Origin: a virus
Lineage: Duplodnaviria; Heunggongvirae; Uroviricota; Caudoviricetes
Direction: 5' to 3' (one strand)
DNA length: 64,000 bases
IMG/VR virus record: IMGVR_UViG_3300035698_027074
A program made the position numbers and the translations under genes. This document shows positions 37,142 through 46,088 of the stretch, piece after piece. The notes under the pieces are model-generated. The model had not been told where the DNA came from, searched no databases, and saw nothing but the letters and a program-made list of their open reading frames with translations. Numbering within the stretch: position 1 is the first letter of the stretch; each line of letters opens with the position of its first letter.

Positions 37142-38757
37142 TTTTTATCACCCACCGACTTCAATAATGATAAGGCACTCTTTATGTTTTCCTTGAATTC
37201 TGAAAATGACCTTATTGAAAAGAATTTTCTCATTATATATTTTGGTCTAAAATAGAACTCTTTATATGCAGTTTTTACTGCTTCTTCCAAGTCTTCTGGT
37301 GTTAAATTGTCATATTTGACAACTGCTTTATTTGTAGCACTATAGAAGTCCGACCAATCATCTACAAACAACTTCACCAACCACCCGTTATCAACACACA
37401 TATTATAGAATTCAGTACCAGGATATGGCATACATATAGGAAATTGTGCTGTATCTGGATTTAATTCTTTTGCAAAATCAATTGTTTGTCTTATTGTTTC
37501 TTTTGTTTCCCCTGGTGCTCCAAACATGAATGTAGCATGAATCCTTATCCCAACCTTCTTTGTATTCTTTATTGTTTCTCTTATTTGTTTAAGAGTTATA
37601 CCTTTTTTCATATTATTTAATATTTTTTGACTTCCTGATTCTACCCCATAAACAATCATGTCACACCCTGACTTCTTCATTCTTTCCAACATCTCTAAAT
37701 CAATTGAATTCACTCTGGATAATGTTCCCCATCTGATTTTCTTATGGATTCCTTTCTCAATCATTAGGTCACAAATATCTAGAACACGTTGCTTGTCAAT
37801 TGTGAATGTGTCATCGTCTATGTAAATATATTTTACTTTATAGTCATCAAGAAGGAATTCCATCTCTTTTATTACATTTTTCGGACTCCTAGCACGGAAT
37901 TGTCTATTGAACAGAACTTGATTCCATACACAAAAAATACATCTACCATAACACCCACGTGACGATAACATTCTAACAAATGGTGTTCTTGTTGTGTTTG
38001 TTTCACGATATTTTCTCATTGGAAGATGGTGTCTTGCAGGAAATGGTAGGTCATCCAAGTTTTGGATTAGTTCTCTGGGTTGTGTTATAATAACTTTTCC
38101 GTCTTTTTTAAATCCTATTCCCTTAACCTTTTCTAGATTATCCAAATTATTAACAACATCCCTTACAGTGTAATCAAATTCACCTATAGCAACCACATCA
38201 ACTGGATATTTTTCCAACAATTCTTTGGGAAAAACCGATGGGTGTGTTCCGACCATCATTAATTTTGAACCATATCTCTTGACTATATCAAATATTTTTT
38301 TGTCATTATCAAATGATGGTGTAGAAGTTTCTATAATTATTAAATCTGGTCTCTGGATTTGGACATATTTCTCAAAACCATCCCAACCTCCCCCTTCAGC
38401 TAAAAAATCACCTAACTTCACTTCTACATTAGTATCCCTTTCAAGGACTGCTGTCGCATAAGCTAATAATAATGGTTCTGAATATGTCCCTGAAACTGAT
38501 TTAGAACTCCATCTACTAAATCTGTTGAATCCTTCTTCCCATGGTAAATTTGCCAATAATACTTTCATTCTCTTTGTTTTCTTGAACATATGATTTTTCT
38601 TGAAATAGTCCTGTGACTCTTTAGATATTCCCAAATCTTTCATCTCTCCCATTGTTGTTCCCTGAATTCCTTCATTTTCTTGAATAGTTAAATCCCATTC
38701 ATTTGTAGTAAATGATAACAATTCTTTTAGAATTTTATTTTCTTTATTAACATCCAT
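37138..38757 (-). CDS. Cobalamin-binding (class B) radical SAM enzyme, 539 aa (tandem array member 3), with an N-terminal extension
   Basis: SSRGCYGRCIFCVWNQ; KEFYFRPKYIM. Confidence 0.7.
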   Translation of the reverse strand: MDVNKENKILKELLSFTTNEWDLTIQENEGIQGTTMGEMKDLGISKESQDYFKKNHMFKKTKRMKVLLANLPWEEGFNRFSRWSSKSVSGTYSEPLLLAYATAVLERDTNVEVKLGDFLAEGGGWDGFEKYVQIQRPDLIIIETSTPSFDNDKKIFDIVKRYGSKLMMVGTHPSVFPKELLEKYPVDVVAIGEFDYTVRDVVNNLDNLEKVKGIGFKKDGKVIITQPRELIQNLDDLPFPARHHLPMRKYRETNTTRTPFVRMLSSRGCYGRCIFCVWNQVLFNRQFRARSPKNVIKEMEFLLDDYKVKYIYIDDDTFTIDKQRVLDICDLMIEKGIHKKIRWGTLSRVNSIDLEMLERMKKSGCDMIVYGVESGSQKILNNMKKGITLKQIRETIKNTKKVGIRIHATFMFGAPGETKETIRQTIDFAKELNPDTAQFPICMPYPGTEFYNMCVDNGWLVKLFVDDWSDFYSATNKAVVKYDNLTPEDLEEAVKTAYKEFYFRPKYIMRKFFSIRSFSEFKENIKSALSLLKSVGDKK

Positions 38758-40194
38758 CTAATTAACCTCCTTTCTGTCTTTCCCACTCTGGGTATGAAAT
38801 ATCGCTTTAAGAAATGCAATACCAGCGTTTGTCATCATTTTAAATTGTCTCCAATTTCTGATACTTATTGCTCGTTTAATTATATATTTTGGTCTCATAT
38901 AAAATTCTTTATGTGCTTTTGCATAAAATTCTTCCACCACTTCTGGATTTGGAACATCTGGGTGTGTGAACATAAATTTTCCTGATGTGTGCTGAATGTT
39001 TTCCCAACTGTTAGTATCAAAAAGGAATTTTCCATCTTTTTTAATCATTTCATACATTCTCGTCCCTGGATATGGTGTTGCCATATTGAACAATGCAACA
39101 TCAACATCTAATTCTTTTGCAAAATCAATTGTTTGTCTCATGGAATATATCGTATCACCAAATAAACCAAACATAAAAAATCCCGATATGATTTGTATTT
39201 TTGCTTCCTTAGCACATTTTACTGCGTTTCTTGACATATCTAAAGTAATTGATTTAGGTATTTTATTTAAAACCTCTTGATTACCAGACTCAAACCCAAA
39301 AGCTACATAATCACAACCAGCTTTCTTCATTTTAACCATAAACTCTTTTGTTACCCCATTTACCCTTATTCCATTAGTTGTTCTGATGTGAATCTTAAGA
39401 CCAGAATCAATAATCAAATCCAACATTTTTTCAGCCCTTTTCATGTCCATATTAAAATTATCATCATAAATTGCAATTTCTTTTACACCATATTCATTAA
39501 CCAAAAATTTAATCTCTTTGAAAACATTTTCTGGTGTTCTTGCTCTGAATTTATATCCGAATATTTTTTTACAACAAAAATTACAGTCAAAAGGACAACC
39601 ACGTGAAGTAAATATACATGCCCATGGGGTATATTGAGTTCCTGCTGAGATATATGGTTTATCAACACCATTACTTTCTAGTAGATGTCTTGATGGGAAT
39701 GGAATTTTATTTGGGTCAAGTGGTTCTCTAGATGGATTATGAAATATTTTCTCATTCTTCTTATAAGATATTCCTTTTATTTTTTCCAATGATTTTCCTT
39801 GAACTATTTCTAAAAATGTATACTCACCTTCAGCCCTGACAACAATATCAAATCCTTGTCTTAAAATATCATCTGGTAATGCAGTAGGGTGTGGACCACC
39901 ACAAACTTTGAGAACATTATCTGGAAGTAAATTGATAAAATCAGTACTCCATTTTTGAGCTGGACTTAATATACTAACTCCAATAATATTATAATCTTTT
40001 GCATATTCTAAAGTCTGTTCTGGTGACAGATTTTTGAGATTAGCATCAAAAATTTTAGGTTTAAAACCATTTTCTTCAAGAACTGATGCTATATAACACA
40101 AACCTATTGGTGGATTGAGCATCCATGCACCAGACTTTCTTGCTTCTGCATAATTTGGTTGGACCAATAATATTTTTTTATTCATCCTTATCAA
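38758..40194 (-). CDS. Cobalamin-binding (class B) radical SAM enzyme, 478 aa (tandem array member 4)
   Basis: TSRGCPFDCNFCCKK; MIRMNKKILLVQPNY...; HKEFYMRPKYI. Confidence 0.7.
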   Translation of the reverse strand: MIRMNKKILLVQPNYAEARKSGAWMLNPPIGLCYIASVLEENGFKPKIFDANLKNLSPEQTLEYAKDYNIIGVSILSPAQKWSTDFINLLPDNVLKVCGGPHPTALPDDILRQGFDIVVRAEGEYTFLEIVQGKSLEKIKGISYKKNEKIFHNPSREPLDPNKIPFPSRHLLESNGVDKPYISAGTQYTPWACIFTSRGCPFDCNFCCKKIFGYKFRARTPENVFKEIKFLVNEYGVKEIAIYDDNFNMDMKRAEKMLDLIIDSGLKIHIRTTNGIRVNGVTKEFMVKMKKAGCDYVAFGFESGNQEVLNKIPKSITLDMSRNAVKCAKEAKIQIISGFFMFGLFGDTIYSMRQTIDFAKELDVDVALFNMATPYPGTRMYEMIKKDGKFLFDTNSWENIQHTSGKFMFTHPDVPNPEVVEEFYAKAHKEFYMRPKYIIKRAISIRNWRQFKMMTNAGIAFLKAIFHTQSGKDRKEVN

Positions 40195-40582
40195 CTCTCT
40201 TTATATAAGTAGTATTCCATGGGTCATGAAATACCCTATCTGAAATTGTCTTTAAACTTCCTCTATGATAATCTGGTTTCATCTTTCCCTGAACAATATA
40301 GTTATCATATGCAGAAACATTATTTTCAAACATGTGGCTATAAGATGGAGCGTCTATTAAAAAGACGTGAATAAATAATCCTATTCCAAAAAATAAAATA
40401 AAATATCTTATGAAATCATGTTGAAGGAACTTAATATTACTAGAGAAATATGCTAAAATCATCCCTATTGATGCCATTAAAAACCACATAAAATGGTGTA
40501 CAAATATCATTTTTCCTTCCCTCCTGTGAATATAAAAAATCCTATTGCAAAGAATGTAATAAAAAATACTGTACCTAACCAA
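40178..40582 (-). CDS. Small membrane protein (134 aa)
   Basis: Three TM helices. Confidence 0.4.
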   Translation of the reverse strand: MVRYSIFYYILCNRIFYIHRREGKMIFVHHFMWFLMASIGMILAYFSSNIKFLQHDFIRYFILFFGIGLFIHVFLIDAPSYSHMFENNVSAYDNYIVQGKMKPDYHRGSLKTISDRVFHDPWNTTYIKRVDKDE

Positions 40583-40688
40583 TGAAAAATGTATATAGGA
40601 AATATTCTAAGATGGTCAACATCAATGAGTATTTCAGAAAGAAATCCAAAAATTGATGATATTAATATTATAATTTTTTTTTCATTTT

Positions 40689-41708
40689 TCATTTTATCAC
40701 ACCAAATTGATTTTTTCTTATATTTTTCTCAGTTATTTCAAAATATTTGTTTTTCAATGATTTTTTTAATAATTTAGAAACAGAATTTATACTCACATTA
40801 TATAATTTTGAAATTTCTTTGAGTGTTGTTCCATTTAAATATTTTTTTTTCACATTGTCTCTCTTATTTTTCATTCTTATTTGGGGTGTATTATTCATCA
40901 AATTAATAACATCAAAATCAATCAAACAACATCTTGGTTTCTTTCCATGTAATAAACACCACACTATCCTCTCTTTGATACCCATTATTTTTGATATTTT
41001 TCTCCTCCCAAATCCAAAATTAATTCTATAATATTTTATTTTTTCATAATCTTTTTTACTTATGATTTTTAAAGGATTTATTTCTAGATATTTATTTATT
41101 TTATACTGTTTTCTTTTAATTGTAAAACCTATTTTTTCATTAAATTTTTTAAGATTTCTAACATTTGATATATTTAAATTAAATACGATATTGTTTTTAA
41201 CTGTCCTTCTCTTTACTGTTAATATTTTTGATTCGATTCCTATTTTGTTTAAAAGTTCCCATATTTGAAACAATCCATTTCTATTAATACTTTGAATACT
41301 AATAGTACAACCAGAAAAACTACCTTCTGAATCAACATAACCTTTTAAAAAATTACAAATAATATTTTCATTTTTAGAATTCATTATTTCTCTAGGAACA
41401 GCCCATGATTTTGTTCTGAATAACCCAAATTTTTTTTCTATATAATTTATTAAAATGATGGAATTAATCCCAGTATAAAAAATCCCTTTACTTTCAAAAA
41501 AGAATGACTTACCAAACTTTTTTTTGACTTCATTCTTAAATTTAAGAACAAACTCTTTATCCTTTGCAGATAAACGGATTTTACCAGATTTTTGATATTT
41601 TGAAATAGACCCATCACCACATAAAGTACCCAAAATGTATGAAAAGGAATTTGTAATATCCATCCTATTTAGATTCATTGTTTTATTTCTCATTCTTCTC
41701 CACCACAT
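40689..41708 (-). CDS. LAGLIDADG homing endonuclease-family protein (two motifs) with a C-terminal HTH domain, free-standing, 339 aa
   Basis: YILGTLCGDGSI and FLKGYVDSEGSF (two LAGLIDADG-type motifs); C-terminal TLKEISKLYNVSINSVSKLLKK helix-turn-helix. Confidence 0.6.
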   Translation of the reverse strand: MWWRRMRNKTMNLNRMDITNSFSYILGTLCGDGSISKYQKSGKIRLSAKDKEFVLKFKNEVKKKFGKSFFFESKGIFYTGINSIILINYIEKKFGLFRTKSWAVPREIMNSKNENIICNFLKGYVDSEGSFSGCTISIQSINRNGLFQIWELLNKIGIESKILTVKRRTVKNNIVFNLNISNVRNLKKFNEKIGFTIKRKQYKINKYLEINPLKIISKKDYEKIKYYRINFGFGRRKISKIMGIKERIVWCLLHGKKPRCCLIDFDVINLMNNTPQIRMKNKRDNVKKKYLNGTTLKEISKLYNVSINSVSKLLKKSLKNKYFEITEKNIRKNQFGVIK

Positions 41709-41834
41709 GAAATGTCACTGTAGATTGTGGTGCTTTGCCACATTGTGATTGGTTAAGAATCCAACTTTGCATGTTTTTACAATCCTCCTTGTTTTCAAAA
41801 CCCAATTCAAGTACGTATTTCTCTTTCATTTCAT

Positions 41835-42089
41835 TCACCCCATTACCCTCTCCAAAACTAATGCCAATGCAAGTAAAAAAAATAATAGACCCATATACAA
41901 CCATGCCTCTCTTTTCCTAAACCATTTTGATATTTTTTCCAGACCACCACTCTTTTCATTGATTGTTATAAGTATCATTAATCCTATTATCCATTTCCAA
42001 AGTCCCCAGTTGTAGTCAATACAGAACTGTCTGAGTAACCACCCTATTATTATTGACAATATAACAGTTACTTCATAAAATTGAACCAA
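41835..42089 (-). CDS. Small membrane protein (84 aa)
   Basis: Two or three TM helices. Confidence 0.35.
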   Translation of the reverse strand: MVQFYEVTVILSIIIGWLLRQFCIDYNWGLWKWIIGLMILITINEKSGGLEKISKWFRKREAWLYMGLLFFLLALALVLERVMG

Positions 42090-42093
42090 TATA

Positions 42094-42909
42094 TCACCTT
42101 GACAACCTCTGTGTTAATATTATCTTTGTTAAACACAACGTAACTCCTATTGCATTCATTACACCATCAATTGTTTTAGTCCCTGTCCTTAGATATGGTG
42201 TTTTTATGTCAACGTATTTGACGTTATATCCTCTTCTCGTCACCTTGTCTTTAACTCTACCTGCGATTACATTCATTTCTCCTTCTATAGCATATCTTCT
42301 ACTACTGGAAAATCTCAGGACATCCTTAAGAAATGAAACAGTGAATGCACGAAAACCAGATTCACTATCAATGACATTAAAACCAGATATTACTCTTCCC
42401 CATATATTTAAAAACTTGTTACCAAACTTCTTATAATCTGGGTAGTCTGATGTATCTCTTGCCCCGACCACAAGGTCGACAACCTCTTCTTCATTTTCCA
42501 TTGCTTCAATAAGTTTAGGCAAATCTTCTGGGTTGTGTTGACCATCTGAATCCATCGTAATAATAATATCATTATTTAGTTCTGAAATATTCCTATTACA
42601 CAATAACCACCAAAAGGCGTATCTTAGTGTTGCTCCCTTACCTAAATTAATAGGATTAGAAATAACATCATTTGCACCACTGGATTTGGATATTAAACTA
42701 GTTGTATCTGTTGAACCATCGTCAAAAACACATATGTTCGCATATGGTAATACATGTCTACATCCCTTTATAACATCACTAATCGTTTTTTCTTCATTTT
42801 TAGCAGGGATTACAATAAAAATCCTCTGTTTTCTTCCATACAAATCTTTTTTCATTTGTTCATCAAAATCTTTTTGATTCATTAATTCACACCTCCAGTT
42901 ACAAACCAA
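42094..42909 (-). CDS. GT2 polyprenyl/dolichyl-phosphate sugar synthase (DPM1/ArnC/AglD-like), 271 aa
   Basis: IVIPAKNEEKTISDVI...VFDDGSTDTT...IITMDSDGQHNPEDL (GT2 DPM-synthase-type motifs). Confidence 0.7.
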   Translation of the reverse strand: MVCNWRCELMNQKDFDEQMKKDLYGRKQRIFIVIPAKNEEKTISDVIKGCRHVLPYANICVFDDGSTDTTSLISKSSGANDVISNPINLGKGATLRYAFWWLLCNRNISELNNDIIITMDSDGQHNPEDLPKLIEAMENEEEVVDLVVGARDTSDYPDYKKFGNKFLNIWGRVISGFNVIDSESGFRAFTVSFLKDVLRFSSSRRYAIEGEMNVIAGRVKDKVTRRGYNVKYVDIKTPYLRTGTKTIDGVMNAIGVTLCLTKIILTQRLSR

Positions 42910-43292
42910 ACTCCTATAAATGTAATAATCATTCCAAAAGTTGAGAACCCAAGACCCATTAATTGAGAAGATGTTAGAACCTCATTAAGAATTTTTGTAT
43001 TGAGGTACATATTTATCAATAAAATTGGGATTCCCATTCCCATGAAAGCAACAATGACCTTACTTGCGTCTGTTAGAGAAAATGCCCACATTGTTACTCC
43101 CCACATCACAAAATTCAATGATAAAATCAAAATTGCATGGGGGTTTGTTAGTAATTTAAACCAAGTATCAAAACTCAAGAAACTCTTTAATGTTATCTCT
43201 CCAAAACTTGTCATTATGTATTTCTTTGATATATTAATGAAAATATTCACTAAACTCACCAACACAACTAATCCCCATACCAATAATCTCAC
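42882..43292 (-). CDS. Small 4-TM membrane protein (136 aa), candidate ArnE/F- or GtrA-like flippase partner of the adjacent GT2
   Basis: Four hydrophobic helices; overlaps the GT2 gene. Function is inferred from context only. Confidence 0.35.
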   Translation of the reverse strand: MRLLVWGLVVLVSLVNIFINISKKYIMTSFGEITLKSFLSFDTWFKLLTNPHAILILSLNFVMWGVTMWAFSLTDASKVIVAFMGMGIPILLINMYLNTKILNEVLTSSQLMGLGFSTFGMIITFIGVWFVTGGVN

Positions 43293-43918
43293 TTCTTATC
43301 ACCTTCTAATAATATTACTGTTTTAGTGTTTCCCATCCATTTGACCTTGACTTTTCCTTCTTTTTCTAAAATATCAACATATTTTGAAACTGTTGCAGAA
43401 CATATAGTTGATTTCTTTGCAATTTTATTAATCCATGTAAATTTTCCCAAATCACGTATTGTATCCAAAATATGTTCTTTTACAAGGCCATGAGACCCAG
43501 AACTTTTTCTGTATTTTGCCCATTTTCCCCCATTATTATAAAGAGGATTAAGTTTATTTATCAATTTTTTTTCTGACTCCAATATTTCTTTCCAATCTTT
43601 ATCATTTTCATTTTTCATTTTAATATAAGAAAAATATTTTACCTCATCAAAATGTAAACTGTTGCTTTTATGACCTTCTCTAATTCTTTTACCTATATTT
43701 GAACTGGCACCAATATATAATGGTTCCTTTCTTTCATTAAATAATATATATAAACCAGAAATTTTGAAAAGTTTTTCTATATCCTCTATTTCTATCATAT
43801 CAGAGTTTTCTTTTTTAATAAGTTCTGATATAACATCTGCTAACCTTTTCTTATTCATATCTATTTTAATTTTTGAAAGTTTACTCCAGTCACCATCATA
43901 AACCTTAACATTCTTCAT
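43289..43918 (-). CDS. GIY-YIG nuclease-family protein with a C-terminal winged-helix domain, 209 aa
   Basis: ISGLYILFNERKEPLYIGASSNIGKRIREGH...NKLNPLYN (GIY...YIG...R...E...N); C-terminal CSATVSKYVDILEKEGKV. Confidence 0.55.
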   Translation of the reverse strand: MKNVKVYDGDWSKLSKIKIDMNKKRLADVISELIKKENSDMIEIEDIEKLFKISGLYILFNERKEPLYIGASSNIGKRIREGHKSNSLHFDEVKYFSYIKMKNENDKDWKEILESEKKLINKLNPLYNNGGKWAKYRKSSGSHGLVKEHILDTIRDLGKFTWINKIAKKSTICSATVSKYVDILEKEGKVKVKWMGNTKTVILLEGDKK

Positions 43919-44218
43919 AAAAAATATGTTATCTTTTTATATTTATATACTTTTATCTTTTTACCACTATAAAGTTATCAACAAGTATCATCTGATAACT
44001 TTATATACTTGTTTGCACAATAATAATTATGAAAAAAAATATAAAACCCCATTGTTGGGAAAAATCCAAGAGGAACGTGTTGGTAGATAAAATTAATCCT
44101 TTCTTCCACCAACATGGAAAAATAAAAATTTTTTTCTTAACTCACCGTTCAATTCCTCGATTCCAGTCAACATTGGGGTTTATGGTTTTTCCAAAAAAGT
44201 CACTAAATTGGTGAAATT

Positions 44219-44536
44219 ATGTATAAATATAATCTTGAACCCGATGTTAAAAGAATAATGAATATTGTTCCTGTTTTTTCTTCTAAAAGGGCATTACAAC
44301 TATTGATGAAGATGAATAAGTTTGAAGAACCACTTACAACATATAGAATTATAAAATTGGTAACAAACACCTCTAAACCAGTTGTTGGTTGTACGTGGTA
44401 CAATGCAATGAGAATACTGAGAGAATCGGGGTGTGTTGTAACTATCAAAGATAAATTCTCAAAACTCAAAAGGTATAGAATAAGTAAAAGGGGAATTAAA
44501 GTACTTGAATTCCTCAATGAGATGGTAGAAACATGA
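44219..44536 (+). CDS. Winged-helix transcriptional regulator (ArsR/TrmB/MarR-like), 105 aa
   Basis: RALQLLMKMNKFEEPLTTYRIIKLVTNTSKPVVGCTWYNAMRILRESGCV. Confidence 0.5.
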   Translation: MYKYNLEPDVKRIMNIVPVFSSKRALQLLMKMNKFEEPLTTYRIIKLVTNTSKPVVGCTWYNAMRILRESGCVVTIKDKFSKLKRYRISKRGIKVLEFLNEMVET

Positions 44537-44817
44537 AAGGTTCGTTTGCTATTGCATTAGTTATATCATTAGTATTTGTTGCAGGGTTATTCTTATTATA
44601 TCTTATAACTTACACATACAACCCACCAATGAATCGGAGGGTATGTTGTGAAGAGATGTGTAAAGACAAAGAACTAACATTTTATGAAACCAAATATATA
44701 GAAAAGACGTTAATGTGTATTTGTAAAGATAAGTCAGGGTCATTTAGTGATTTTGAATTAAATGATGATGTTTGTATTAAAATACTAGGTGGTAACAATG
44801 AAACAGAAAATGGGTAA
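44533..44817 (+). CDS. Small membrane-anchored Cys-rich protein (94 aa)
   Basis: N-terminal TM then a Cys-rich ectodomain; 4-nt overlap with the upstream gene. Confidence 0.4.
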   Translation: MKGSFAIALVISLVFVAGLFLLYLITYTYNPPMNRRVCCEEMCKDKELTFYETKYIEKTLMCICKDKSGSFSDFELNDDVCIKILGGNNETENG

Positions 44818-44995
44818 ACATTATTTTTGTCGAATTCCAAACAACGAAATTGTTGATATAAATGGAAAGAATTATGAACTCCATGAACTATTAGAAGAAA
44901 TAAGGATATATTATGCTTCAAGGTCTAAAAAACAAGCTTTAATTCAATTAATAATTGAAAAAAATAAAGAAATTAAAAAGGAGGTAGAAAAGTAA
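44789..44995 (+). CDS. Hypothetical small protein (68 aa)
   Basis: ORF track; stop overlaps the prohibitin start. Confidence 0.35.
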   Translation: MVTMKQKMGKHYFCRIPNNEIVDINGKNYELHELLEEIRIYYASRSKKQALIQLIIEKNKEIKKEVEK

Positions 44996-45888
44996 TGCCA
45001 ATAAAAACAGAAAAAGACCGACCAATGTATGAAATTCCTGGTTATTTGAAAGTAATGATAGGAATTTTTGTAATTTTGGTCATTGGTTTGATTTTTAACC
45101 CCCTTGTATTTGTAGGAGCAGGTGAACGAGGAGTAGTGATGAAGTTCGGAGCGGTACAGGACAAGATAATGGGTGAAGGTTTGAATTTCAAAACACCTAT
45201 TGTTGAATCAGTGGAGAAAATGGATGTTAAAAAACAGAAATATGAAACAGATTCTTCAGCAGCATCAAAGGATTTACAGATAGTCAGTTCAATAGTAGCA
45301 GTGAATTACAGATTGAATGAACATTCAGTTAATTGGTTGTACCAGAATATCGGTTTGAACTATAAACAACTGATAATTGAACCATCTGTACAGGAAGCAG
45401 TGAAAGCAGCGACAGCACAATATACAGCAGAAGAACTAATAACACAAAGACCATTAGTGAGGGATTTGATGTTACAAAAATTCAGAGAAAAAATGTCAGA
45501 ACTTTCAAGTGGCTCTATAATTGTTGAGGATATTAATATCATTGATTTTGATTTCTCAGAAGAGTTTAACGACGCTATTGAAAAGAAAGTTACAGCAGAA
45601 CAGAAAGCATTGGAAGAAGAGTGGAATTTGGAAAAAGTCAAATTTGAAGCACAACAATCTATAGAGAGAGCAACAGCTGAAGCGAAAGCATTACAGCTAC
45701 AGGGAGAATCAGTAAGAGAATCACCAGAACTTATAGAACTTAGAAAAGTTGAAGTTGAAAAATTAAAACTAGAAGTTCAAACTCAAGCAATAGAAATGTA
45801 CAAGGAAAAATGGGATGGTAAATTACCAATGTGGGTAACAGAAGGTAATATGATGCCATTCATTAGTGTGGGAGGGGTCCCAAGTTAA
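44995..45888 (+). CDS. SPFH/Band 7 family protein, prohibitin/HflK-like, 297 aa
   Basis: SD AGGAGGT 8 nt upstream; TM then GERGVVMKFGAVQD...GLNFKTPIVESVEKMDVK...; coiled-coil AEAKALQ. Confidence 0.7.
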   Translation: MPIKTEKDRPMYEIPGYLKVMIGIFVILVIGLIFNPLVFVGAGERGVVMKFGAVQDKIMGEGLNFKTPIVESVEKMDVKKQKYETDSSAASKDLQIVSSIVAVNYRLNEHSVNWLYQNIGLNYKQLIIEPSVQEAVKAATAQYTAEELITQRPLVRDLMLQKFREKMSELSSGSIIVEDINIIDFDFSEEFNDAIEKKVTAEQKALEEEWNLEKVKFEAQQSIERATAEAKALQLQGESVRESPELIELRKVEVEKLKLEVQTQAIEMYKEKWDGKLPMWVTEGNMMPFISVGGVPS

Positions 45889-45927
45889 GTTTTTTTTTCT
45901 TTTTTCTTTTTTTAAGACCAAATATTG
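45889..45927 (+). terminator. T-rich tract (archaeal-type terminator) after the prohibitin-like gene
   Basis: taagtttttttttcttttttctttttttaag. Confidence 0.5.
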
Positions 45928-46088
45928 GAATTCTATTATTAAGTGGTTGTACTAAGAAAGGAGAAGAAAGACCGATATGTATTGGAAACCGTTAAAGATA
46001 AGATATTAAACCTTGAAAAGTCATTAAATAAACTAAACAAATAATTCATATCTATGTAGGATTGAAATAAGTACAATAAAGAGAAGGG

